A DNA stretch of 64,000 nucleotides from Heterodontus francisci. Lineage: Eukaryota. The position numbers were made by a program, and so were the translations under genes. The stretch is from assembly GCF_036365525.1 (NCBI RefSeq), contig NC_090395.1:33661229-33725228 (forward strand), read 5' to 3'. Shown piece by piece: positions 36,781 to 48,406 of this stretch; position 1 is the stretch's first letter; every line of letters begins with the position of its first letter. The notes below the pieces were generated by a model that made no database searches, was not told where the DNA came from, and was given only the letters and a program-made list of their open reading frames with translations.

Positions 36781-39700
36781 TTTTTTTCCTTCGTTCCTGG
36801 GATGTGGGCATCGCTGGCAAGGCCAGAATTTATTGCCCATCCTTAATTGTCCTTGAAAAGGTAGAGGTGAGCTGCCTTCTTAAACCGCTGCAGTCCATGT
36901 GGGGTAGGTAACCTACGGTGCTGTTAGGATGGGAGTTCCAGGATTTTGACCCAGCGACAATGAAGGAATAGTAATATAGTTCCAAGTCAAGGTGGTGTGT
37001 GGCTTGGAGGGGAACATACAGGTGGTGGTGTTCCCATGCAACTGCTGCCCTTGTCCTTCTAGGCGGTAGAGCTCACGGGTTTGGAAGGTGCTGTCTAAGG
37101 AGCCTTGGTGCGTTGCTGCAGTGCATCTTGTAGATGGTACACACTGCTGCCACTGAGTGCCGGTGGTGGAGGAAGTGAATGTTTGTGGATCGGGTGCCAA
37201 TCAAGCAGGCCGCTTTGTCCTGGATGGTGTCGAGCTTCTTGAGTGTTGTTGGAGCTGCACCCATCCAGGCAAGTGGAGAGTATTCCATCACACTCCTGAC
37301 TTGTGCCTTGTAGATGGTGGACAGGCTTTGGGGAGTTAGGAGCTGAGTTACTCACTGCAGGATTCCTAGCTTCTGACCTGCTCTTGTAGCCACGGTATTT
37401 ATATGGCTACTCCAGTTCAGTTTTTGGTCAATGATAACCCCCCCAGGATGTTGATATTGGGGGATTCTATGTTCAACAAAGAACAAAGAACAGTACAGCA
37501 CAGGAACAGGCCATTCGGCCCTCCAAGCCTGCGCCGATCTTGATGCCTGCCTAAACTAACACCTTCTGCACTTCCGGGGCCCATATCCTTCTATTCCCTT
37601 CCTATTCATGTATTTGTCAAGATGTCTCTTAAAAGTCACTATCGTATCTGCTTCCACCGCCTCCCCTGGCAGCAAGTTCCAGGCACTCACCACCCTCTGT
37701 ATAAAAATCTTGCCTCGCACATCCCCTCTAAACTTTGCCCCTCGCATCTTAAACCTATGTCCCCTGGTAACTGACTCTTCCACCCTGGAAAAAAGCTTCT
37801 GTCTATCCACTCTGTCCATGCCGCTCATAACTTTGTAAACCTCTATCATGTCGCCCCTCCACCTCCGTCGTTCCAGTGAAAACAATCCGAGTTTTTCCAA
37901 CCTCTCCTCATAGCTAATGCCCTCCAGACCAGGCAACATCCTGGTAAACCTCCTCTGTACCCTCTCCAAAGCCTCCACGTCCTTCTGGTAGTGTGGCGAC
38001 CAGAATTGCACGCAATATTCTAAGTGTGGCCTAACTAAGGTTCTGTACAGCTGCAACATGACTTGACAATTTTTATACTCTATGCCCCGACCGATGAAGG
38101 CAAGCATGCCATATGCCTTCTTGACTACCTTACCCACCTGCGTTGCCACTTTCAGTGACCTGTGGACCTGTACGCCCAGCTCTCTCTGCCTGTCAATACT
38201 CCTAAGGGTTCTGCCATTTACTGTATACTTCCCACCTGCATTAGACCTTTCAAAATGCATTACCTCACATTTGTCCGGATTAAACTCCACCTGCCATTTC
38301 TCCGCCCAAGTCTCCAACCAATCTATATCCTGCTGTATCCTCTGACAATCCTCATCATTATCCGCAACTCCACCAACCTTTGTGTCGTCCGCAAACTTAC
38401 TAATCAGACCAGCTACATTTTCCTCCAAATCATTTATATATACTACAAACAGCAAAGGTCCCAGCACTGATCCCTGCGGAAAACCACTAGTCACATCCCT
38501 CCATTCAGAAAAACACCCATCCACTGATACCCTCTGTCTTCTATGACCGAGCCAGTTCTGTATCCATCTTGCCAGCTCACCTCTGATCCCGTATGACTTC
38601 ACCTTTTGTACCAGTCTGCCGTGCGGGACCTTGTCAAAGGCTTTACTAAAGTCCATATAGATAACATCCACTGCCCTTCCTTCATCAATCATCTTCGTCA
38701 CTTCCTCAAAGAACTCAATAAAATTAGTAAGACATGACCTCCCCTTCACAAAATCATGCTGTCTCTCACTAATAAGTTTGTTTGTTTCCAAATGGGAGTA
38801 GATCCTGTCCGAATAATCCTCTCTAATAATTTCCCTACCACTGACTTAAGGCTCACCGGCCAATAATTTCCTGGATTATCCTTACCACCCTTCTTAAACA
38901 AAATAACAACATTGGCTATTCTCCAGTCCTCTGGGACCTCACCTGTAGCCAACGAGGATGCAAAGATTTCTGTCAAGGCCCCAGCAATTTCTTCCCTTGC
39001 CTCCCTCAGTATTCTCGGGTAGATCCCATCAGGCCCTGGGGACTTATCTACCTTAATGCTTTGCAAGACACCCAACACCTCCTCCTTTTTGATAATGAGA
39101 TGACTGAGACTATCTGCACTCCCTTCCCTAGGCTCATCATCCACCAAGTCCTTCTCTTTGGTGAATACTGATGCAAAGTACTCATTTAGTACCTCGCCCA
39201 TTTCCTCTGGCTCCACACATAGATTCCCATCTCTGTCCTTGAGTGGGCCAACCCTTTCCCTGGTTATCCTCTTGCTTTTTATATATGTATAAAAAGCCTT
39301 GGGATTTTCCTTAATCCTGTTTGCCAATGACTTTTCATGACCCCTTTTAGCCCTCCTAACTCCTTCCTTCCTACTGTCTTTATATTCCTCAAGTGCTTTG
39401 TCTGTTCCTAGCCTTCCAGCCCTTACAAATGCTTCCTTTTTCTTTTTGACTAGGCTCACAATATCCCGCATTATCCAAGGTTCCCTAAACTTGCCAAACT
39501 TATCCTTCTTCCTCAGAGGAACATGCTGGTCCTGGATTCTAATCAGCTGACGTTTGAAAGACTCCCACATGTCAGATGTTGATTTACCCTCAAACAGCCG
39601 CCTCCAATCTAAATTCTTCAGTTCCTGCCTGATATTGTTATAATTAGCCTTCCCCCAATTTAGCACCTTCACCCGAGGACTACTCTTATCCTTATCCACA

Positions 39701-41575
39701 AGTACCTTAAAACTTATGGAATTATGGTCACTGCTCCCAAAATGCTCCCCCACTGAAACTTCGACCACCTGGCCGGGCTCATTCCCCAATACCAGGTCCA
39801 GAATGGCCCCATCCCTAGTTGGACTATCGACATGCTGTTTCAAGAAGCCCTCCTGGATGCTCCTCACAAATTCTGCCCCATCCAAGCCTCTAGTACTAAG
39901 TGAGTCCCAGTCAATATAGGGGAAGTTAAAATCACCCACCACCACAACCCTGTTATCTTTACACCTTTCCAAAATCTGTCTACATATCTGCTCCTCTACA
40001 TCCCGCTGGCTGTTGAGAGGCCTGTAGTAAACTCCCAACATCGTGACTGCACCCTTCTTATTCCTGAGCTCCACCCATATTGCCTCGCTGCATGACCCCT
40101 CTGAGTTGTCCTCCCGCAGTACAGCTGTGATATTCTCCTTAACCAGTAATGCAACTCCCCCACCCCTTTTACATCCCCCTCTATCCCGCCTGAAGCTGCT
40201 AAAGCCTGGAACATTTAGCTGCCAATCATGACCTTCCCTCAACCAAGTCTCTGTAATAGCAACAACATCATATTTCCAAGTACTAATCCAAGCTCTAAGT
40301 TCATCTGCCTTACCTGTTATACTTCTTGCATTGAAACAAATGCACTTCAGACCACCGTAATGCCATTGACTGTCAAGGGGAGATGGTTAAATTTTCTCTT
40401 GTTGGAGATGGTCATTGCCTGGCACTTGTGTGGCGCGAATGCTACTTGCCACTTATCAGCCCAAGCTTGGATATTGTCCAGGTCTTGCTGCATTTCCACA
40501 CAGACTGCTTCAGTATCTGAGCAGTCGCAAATGATGCTGAACATGGTGCAATCATCAGCGAACATCTCCACTTCTGATTTTATGATTGAAGGAAGGTCAT
40601 TGATGAAGCGGTTGAAGAGGGTTGGGCCTAGCACACTACCCTGATGAACTCCTGCAGTGATGTCCTGGAGCTGAGATGATTGACCTCCAACAACCACAAC
40701 CATCTTCCTTTGCGCTAGGTATGACTCCAACAGTGGAGAGTTTTCCCCCTGATTCCCATTGACTCCAGTTTTGCTCGGGCTCCTTGATGCCATACTCAGT
40801 CAAATGCTGCCTTGATGTCAAGGGCAGTCACTCTCACCTCACCTCTTGAGTTCAGCTCTTTTGTCCATGTTTGAACCAAGGCTGCAATGAGGTCTGGAGC
40901 TGGGTGGCCCTGGCAGAACCTAAACTGAGCGTCAGTGAGCAGGTTATTGCTAAGCAAGTGCCGCTTGATAGCATTGTCGATGACACCTCCCATCACTTTA
41001 CTGATGAATGAGAGTAGACTGATGGGGTGTTAATTGGCCAGGTTGGACTTGTCCTATTTTTTGTGTACAGGACATACCTGGACAATTTTCCAGATTGTTG
41101 GGTAGATGCCAGTCTTGTAGCTGTACTGGAACAGCTTGGCTAGGGACGTGGCACGTTCTGGAGCACAGGTCTTCAGTACTATTGCCAGAATGTTGTCAGG
41201 GACCATAGCCTTTGCAGTATCCAGTGCCTTCAGTCATTTCTTAATATCACGCGGAATGAATCGAATTGGCTGAAGTCTGGCATCTGTGATGCTGGGGACT
41301 TCAGGAGGAGGCCGAGATGGATCATCAACACGGCACTTCTGGCTGAAGATTGTTGCAAATGCTTCAGCCTTATCTTTTGCACTGATATGCTGGGCTCCCC
41401 CATCACTGAGGATGGGGATATTTGTGGAGCCACCTCCTCCAATTAGTTGTTTAATTGTCCACCATCATTCACAACTGGCAGAGTTTCGATCTGATCCGTT
41501 GGTTATGGGATCGCTTAGCTCTGTCTCTCACATGCTGCTTACGCTGTTTGGCACGCAAGTGGTCCTGGGTTGTAG
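36781..41575 (-). mobile_element. Zenon-like CR1-group LINE, 5'-truncated, split by CR1 copy C
   Basis: Pieces 36781-37469 and 40351-41575 are colinear with 48407-50250. Confidence 0.88.
37475..40350 (-). mobile_element. CR1 LINE (copy C), ORF2 nearly intact
   Basis: ORFs 38746-40242 (498 aa, EN) and 37556-38791 (411 aa, RT with FADD) are separated by one frameshift; (AACAAAG)n tail. Confidence 0.95.
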
Positions 41576-43813
41576 TGGGTGACCGGTGGTGACCATTTTG
41601 GAGACAGTGACAGTTAGATTTAGCATTATTATGGTAAAAGACAAAGGTAAAAGTTCTCAATTGGGGGAAGGCAAATTTTACAGAGAAATGATCTGGTGAA
41701 AGTGGACTGGATACAGCTACTTGAAGGAAAATCAGTAGCAAACCAGTGGGAGGCATTCAAAAGCAAGATTCTACGGCACAGTGTAGACATGTCCCCACAA
41801 AAAAAAAGAGTGGTACTGCCAAATCTAAAGCCCTCTGGTTATCTCGAAGCATACAGGTTAAGATAAAACAGAAAAAGAAAGCTTATGACAGTCTCAAAAA
41901 ACCTAATACTTTAGAAAGCCTAGAGGAGTTTAGAAAGTGCAGGGGTGAAGTAAAAAAGGAAATTAGGAAAGCAAAGAGAGGACATGAAAAAATATTGGCA
42001 GGTAAAATCAGGGAAAGCCCAAAGATGTTTTATCAATACATTCAGAGCAAGGGGATAACTAAGGAAAGGATAGGACCTATCAGAGATGTGCAGGCAACTT
42101 TTGTGAATGCAGAAGATGCGGGCAGGATTCTCAATGAGTACTTTGTCTCTGTCTTCACAACGGAGAGGGATGATGCAGACATTGTAGTTAAAGAGGAGGA
42201 GTGTGAAATATTAGATATGATAAGCATAATGAGAGAGGAAGTACTAGACGGTCTGACATCCTTAAAAGTGGATAAATCACCTGGGCCAGATGGATTGTAT
42301 CCCAACCTGTTAAGGGAAGTCAGGGACAAAATAGCAGATGCTCTGAGGATCAGTTTCAAATCCTTACTAGATACAGGCGAGGTACCAGAGGACTGGAGGT
42401 CTGCGAATGTTGTACCATTATTTAAAAGGGTGCGAGGGATAGGCCACATAATTATAGCCCAGTCAGTCTGACCTCGGTGGTGGGCAAATTATTAGAATCT
42501 ATTCTGAGAGATGGGATAAACTGTCACTTCAATAGCAAATTAATCAGGGATAGTCAGCATGGATTTGTTAAGGCAAGGTGGTGTCTTACTAACTTAATTG
42601 AATTTTTTGAGGAAGTAACAACAAGGATTGATGAGGGTAGTGCAGTGGATGTTGTCTATATGGATTTTAGTAAGGCATTTGAGAAGGTCCCACATGGCAG
42701 ACAGGTCAGAAAAGTAAAAGCCCATGGAATACAAGGGATAGTGGTGAGTTGGATCCAAAATTGACTCAGTGACAGGAAACAAAGGGTAATGGTCGGATGA
42801 TTTTGCGAATGGGAAGTGGTTGCCAGTGGCGTTCCACAGGACTCAGTGTTGGGTCCCTTACTGTTCGTGGTGTATATTAATGATTTTGACTTAAATGTGG
42901 GAAGCATGATTAGGAAGTTTGAAGATGACACAAAAATTGGCTGTGTAGTTGATAGTGAAGAGGATTGCTGTAGACTCCAGAATGATATCAATGGTTTGGT
43001 TGAGTGGGCAAAAAAGTGGCAAATGGAATTCAATCTGGAGAAGTGTGAGGTAATGCATTTGGGGAGGGCACAAAAAGCGAGGAAATACATAATAAACAGG
43101 AGGATATTGCAAGGGGTAGAGGAAGTGAAAGACCTTGGAGTGCATGTCCACAGGTCCCTGAAGGTGGCAGGACAGGTAGATAAAGTGGTGAAGAAGGCAT
43201 ATGGAATGCTTTCCTTTATTGTCCGAGGTATAGAATACAGAAGCAGGGATGTAATGCTGGAACTGTATAAAACACTGGTTAGACCACAGCTGCAGTATTG
43301 CGTACAGTTCTGGTCACCACATTACAGGAAGGACACAATTGCTCTGGAGAGAGTGCAGAGGAGATTTACAAGAATGTTTCCAGGGCTTGGAAATTGCAGC
43401 TATGAGGAAAGATTGGATAGGCTAGGGTTGTTTTTCTTGGAACAGAGGAGGCTGAGGGGTCACTTAATTGAGGTGTAAAAATTATGAGGGGCCTAGATAG
43501 TGTAGACAAGAAGAATCTGTTGCCCTCAACAGAGAGGTCAATTACCAGGGGGCACCAATTTAAGGTGATTGGTAGAAGGATTAGAGAGGGTATGAGGAAA
43601 ACCTTTTTCACCCAGAGGGTTGTGTGTGTCTGGAACTGACTGCCCAGATTGGTGGTGGAGGCAGAAAGCCTCAACTCATTTAAAAGGTACCTGGACCTAC
43701 ACCTGAAGTGTTGTAACCTACAAAGCTATGGTCCAGGAATAAGAAGGTTGGATTAGAATGGGCGGCTAGTTTTCTCAGCCTGTGCAGAATGGCTGAATGG
43801 CCTCTTTCCCTGC

Positions 43814-44803
43814 CGTAATGTTTTTAATATTTTATCTTTTGAGGACTTGTTTTAAAACTGAAAAGATTCCATGGATTTTTTTTTTTAACCAAGTTCACTG
43901 AAAGGACACTTGAGACGTTGTTTGAAAACCACCTGTGCTGGAAACCACATATGATTTGTGCTCAGTAAACAACAGAGCCTTTGGTGACTTGGGGAAAATA
44001 GTTACAGAGAAGCCATATGTCAAAGTTTATGGAGGTCAGGAAGGCGACTCTCTGTTTGGGGTTTGGACATTGTTTTCAGTTTAGTTGGGCTGTGAACTGT
44101 TTTGAAGACAGTTGGTGTTTTCCTGCCAAGGAAAAAGAAACCACCCAGCTCACCTCCTTCTCTACCTCTGAAGAAATCCTGCAAAAATCCAGTGTGGGAG
44201 AGCTAAACTCCCTACTGCTGCAGCTCTCCTGAGAAGCTGAGAAAAAGCCTGTGATTCAAGTGTGTGCAGGGGGAAAAACCCTGATGTCACATTTCTCCCG
44301 GAAAGCCTACTAGAATAATTCTCGACATCTCCAGAATGGACTGTTTCTGAAATGAGCCCAGTGACCCGTCTCCATTTACCCAGATGCCAGATTAAAAAAT
44401 GGACAACTGACTTCCTTCCATATTTTTTTTTGTCAAGAATTAGCAAGTATTTGGCCAAAGTAGTCTTTTTTTGTCTTTTTTGTAACAGACATCTGCAGAG
44501 AGAATTTCTGTATTTTTCCAGTGCGTGTATGTGAGTGTAATTGGGGAATTTAAAAAGGGAACTTTCATATTTCAATCTGTGTTTTAATGCTTTGTTTCGT
44601 TACTGGTTAAGTCTTGTTTTATAGTAAACTGATAATTTTGTTGTTTATTAAAGAAACCTGATTGGTGTATTTTATTCTGGGATAAAAAATAGAGTGTATG
44701 ATTGGCTATACTGGTAACCGGGTAAACATTTAGATATATGCTGTGACCTGTGGAGAAGTGAAACTAGAAAAGATAGTGCACTCCTCCCACCTCGGTTGTA
44801 ACA
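43814..44803 (+). mobile_element. Solo LTR (about 990 bp), Gypsy-type, distantly related to the LTRs at 2500/6716
   Basis: Ends TGTAACA; shares AAGAAACCTG.TTGG and 3' layout with those LTRs; its 5' part recurs inverted at 55760-55935. No clear TSD. Confidence 0.65.
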
Positions 44804-45084
44804 TAACCAAGGTGGTGGTAGTGACATTACAATCAGAGTCAGAGCCCCAGTGTCAGAGAATGATTCTTAATCCTGATTGTTATGCTACTGAAAGAGCATA
44901 TGTGTAGAACATGGATGAGGATAAACTCAAGCCTGTCAGAAGATGTCCTCCATAACAGATTGTGTATAGATACTGACCACTTGGGTGACAGCAACTGCTG
45001 ATGTACTTCACTTGTCTACTTGGGCCTATATGCAAATAGGGAAACACATCATCAAGAGATCATTCCTTTGTCACAGCACTTAGG

Positions 45085-45530
45085 GTGTCAGCATTGGCTC
45101 AGTTGATCGTATTCTCGCCCGCCTCTAAGTAAGAAAGTTGTGGGTTCATTGTCTCACTCCAGAGATTTGAGCACATAACCTAAGCTAACATGCCAGGGCA
45201 GTACTAAGGGAGCATTGCACTGTCAAAGTTGCTGTCTTTCAGATGTGACAGCATACCGAGACCCCATCTGTCCTCTCAGGTAGATCCCATGCTACTATTT
45301 TGAAGAAGAGCAGGGGAGTCCTCCTAGAGTCCTGGCCAACATTTTGTCCCTCAACTACCCATTACTACAACAGATTATCTGATAATTAGCTTGTTGTTTG
45401 TGTGTTATCTACCTTGCTGTGTATAAATTAGCTGCCGCATTTTCTAAATTACAACAGGGTCTTCAAAAAAGTACTTTTTTGATTGTAAAGAGCTTAGTGA
45501 TGTTTAAGGTTCAAAAAATTCTTTCTTTCC
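45085..45530 (+). mobile_element. Deu-domain SINE
   Basis: TGGCTCAGTTG A box, GGGTTCA B box, TTGCTGTGTATAAATTAGCTGCCGC core. Confidence 0.75.
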
Positions 45531-46815
45531 TTTCTGTGTCCAGGAGGGAATCTTTCTTCAGGAACTCCTGTTAAAAAAGCATCAAGATCCACCGTTAAAG
45601 AAAGAAGCATGCCCTCAAGACCAACATTTAGGAAACTTTCCCCTTCTGCACCTATATTAAAGAGGGAAGTTTCACTCTAAAGATCACTTGCTAAAGAGAG
45701 AGTGTCCCTGTTGGGAAAGTCCCGTAAACATCTACCAGGTCAGCCAGCATCTCAAAAACAGGTTAAAGTTAAAGGCGAGACCCTTCAGCAGAATGCACTA
45801 GACAATGAGCATCATCAGCTTATTTAAGCATAGAGGCAATTTAACCAAAACGCATCATGTTCTTAAACAACTTTCCAGTGGAGGCCAATGGATAGCAGAC
45901 AGGAACTAGAACCTGGGCTCCCCTGATGATCTTCCCTCTCCCAAGACGAAAGGTTTCAATAGCTATTGAAGCTCCTCTATTATTGGTCGCAACTAACTCG
46001 ATGTAAGGTGAAGACTGAATCTGAACTGTGCCCTTCCCAGTTAAATACGATATTAGGCAGTGTTTACCCTGTGAGTTATTCCGGAACCTCACTTTTTACT
46101 TTCTTTTTCTTTCCTCTTTTGATTTGTTCTTTTCCTTTGTACCTCCTTTCTCTCCCCATTCTGCACATTTTCTCTTGTATGTTGTCCACAGTAACAGCTG
46201 AGCAAACACATTTTCACTATCTACTCAACACACTTTTAATCCACCAACAGCTGCATTCTCTGTGCAAGACCCAACTGGCAAATCAAGATGGGTTTTTCAG
46301 CCAGTACTGAATAAATCCCAGCTTTATTGTGTAACCATTAAAACAGTTTCACTACATTGCAGTACGTCCAGTACCTGAATACTGGCATTCAAATCCACAC
46401 AATCTAATAGTCAGCTTACAGTGCTGAATATAGATACTTTCAGTAGCAGTTTTTAAATATTGGAGCTGTGACAAACAAGATGGGAAGCTGCCACAGCCCC
46501 ACAGGCCTGATGAGCCGAGCCTTCCCACTCACGTTCATGTCGGAGGTGGGGCAGTCTGACTCGCAGCGATGGAAAAGGTTCAGGACAAAATAAATTATTT
46601 CAAAACTAGAAATATGTGAGGTGACATACTAATATACACCCAAGAGGGAGTGGTAATTGCCATAAATTCATATGATGGCCCAAAAAGTAATTGAGAGTTG
46701 CAACTTTTCAGCTTGTCAAGTGAGCAGCAGTCATTTTTTATTTGTTCATGCGATGTGAGCATTGCTGACAAGGCCGGCGTTTATTGCCCATCCCTAATTG
46801 TCCTTGTGAAGGCAG

Positions 46816-47033
46816 GGTTAAATTCCAGAAAGCTTGTTGTGGAAGGATAATGCTGGAGCCTATCTTCACTCAGTTTCACATTTATTAAACAGAGTAAAAG
46901 GATTACAAACACGTATGTTTGGGTTAGAAATGCAATACTGTACTAATGTGCCTCCTGGCTTGCCATAGTCATGTGATCTCTACCATGAGGCACTCACGCA
47001 GGCAGCCATCACAAGGCCAGTTCAATAAAGACA
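46816..47033 (-). mobile_element. Solo LTR (218 bp) of the Copia-like family
   Basis: First 60 bp closely match 55694-55755, which adjoins the tRNA-iMet PBS; ends ACA; no flanking PBS or polypurine tract. Confidence 0.7.
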
Positions 47034-47072
47034 CAGTGCAAGCAAGACTGCTGTCTTGTTAGCTTGTAACAT

Positions 47073-48215
47073 GGGCCTGGATTTTATATAGCCGCCGATG
47101 TGGCCTGCACACGCAGGCCTTACTCCATTGAACCGCCATGATATTATACATGGTGGCTCATTTACATGGCTGGGGGAAACCGCCGCACCCCCCACCCCCC
47201 ACAACCTCCAATGACGTGGGAGTGAAGGGTGATCTGTCCCCGGCAATAGCACTGGCACCACTGCGGAGGTGCCGATGCCATTTTGACAGGGCTTCCAGCC
47301 CTAACACTGAATTTCAATATTGAAAGGAATAGGCATGTTAAACTTCATTTGAACAATGAAATAAATGTTTCCATCCCCTCGCCCACCACCTCCCCCCACC
47401 AATATCGAATTACTTCATTCCTTGCCCTCTCACCCCCCAAAATACTTACATTGAGTACCTGACCTTTCCCCTCTCTCAAAGTTCAGTAATCTTTACAAAC
47501 CCCTTCCCACCATCCCCTCCACCAATCAGAATGATTTTCACCCCCTCCTACACTGAAATAATTTCCATGGTCACCCCTCCCCACCAGTTAGAGTCCTGCC
47601 ACCCGACCCGAACCCAACGGGACCCGATGACATGTCTTGGGTTCGGGTCGGGTCGGGCCCATCTTCCGGGCCCGGCTTTCGGGCTCGGGTCGGGTCGGGC
47701 CGAGACTGGGTCGGGCTGGACACACATGGTAAGTGCTCTGCTGGTAAGTATTGAAAATAAAAAATACCTGAGTTGGGAGTCCGGGACGAAACTGAGTCTG
47801 CGCAATGAGCGAGTGACATCACTACAACGTCATCACACATGCACTGCAGCTTCCTGGAGGTTCCCAGTCGGAAGGTAAGTAAACGGATGGTCGGGTCGGG
47901 ACGGGTTTGGGTCGGGTCAGGCTCGGAGCAAAATCGGAGGGACTCGGGCCAGGTTGGGTTCAGGTCCGCTGTGGATCGGTCGGGTTCGGGTCGGGTTCTT
48001 TTTTCCCGACCTGAGCAGGCCTCTACCACCAGTGTCACACATCAGCTATCCGAACGGAGATCCAACGGCCCGGGAGTGACAGCCGCCAATATGGCAACGG
48101 AATGGAAAGCGGGAGCGGTTAAGTATTTAATTCAATCATTTTCATGCATTTAAATATTTAAGTTTCAGCCCGCTGAGCAGCGGGGGGTGGGGGTGTGGGG
48201 GGCACCACAAGGCAC
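47073..48215. mobile_element. Harbinger-like MITE, right end lost, hosting a hAT MITE
   Basis: Starts GGGCCTGGATTTTA; interior parallels 21774-22615. Confidence 0.65.
47589..48025. mobile_element. hAT-superfamily MITE (437 bp)
   Basis: TIRs TAGAGTCCTGC / GCAGGCCTCTA, perfect 8-bp TSD CCACCAGT (47581-47588, 48026-48033), dense CGGGT/ACCCG subterminal repeats. Confidence 0.9.
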
Positions 48216-48406
48216 CATTGACTGTAGAACACATCCTAGAGGAGTACAACGATGGTGCTTATAGGTTTAGGATGTCTTCCTGGAGAATATCATCTCAATC
48301 TCTGGCACTGTTGGTTGATCTGTGGTCTGTGCAGATGGTCAGTTCACATCTTTCTGATCAGCTGCCTGCATTGAAAGAACAGCTTCTCCAGTTGTGCGTA
48401 TGTTCA

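Larger units (their letters stand above)
36600..43813 (+). mobile_element. CR1 LINE (copy D): EN start 36600-36780, remainder 41575-43813
   Basis: ILDLVLGNEAGQADEV at 36740-36780 continues as GDHFGDSD near 41595; RT ORFs at 41746-43478. Confidence 0.88.

Noticed and set aside
46506-46580. CTGATGAG as a third hammerhead
   Set aside because: No properly spaced stem II and GAAA box, and no stem I pairing.
47531-48153. Pro/Gly/Arg-rich ORFs as host genes, or a CRISPR-like repeat array
   Set aside because: They are translations of the hAT MITE's CGGGT subterminal repeats; there is no repeat-spacer structure.
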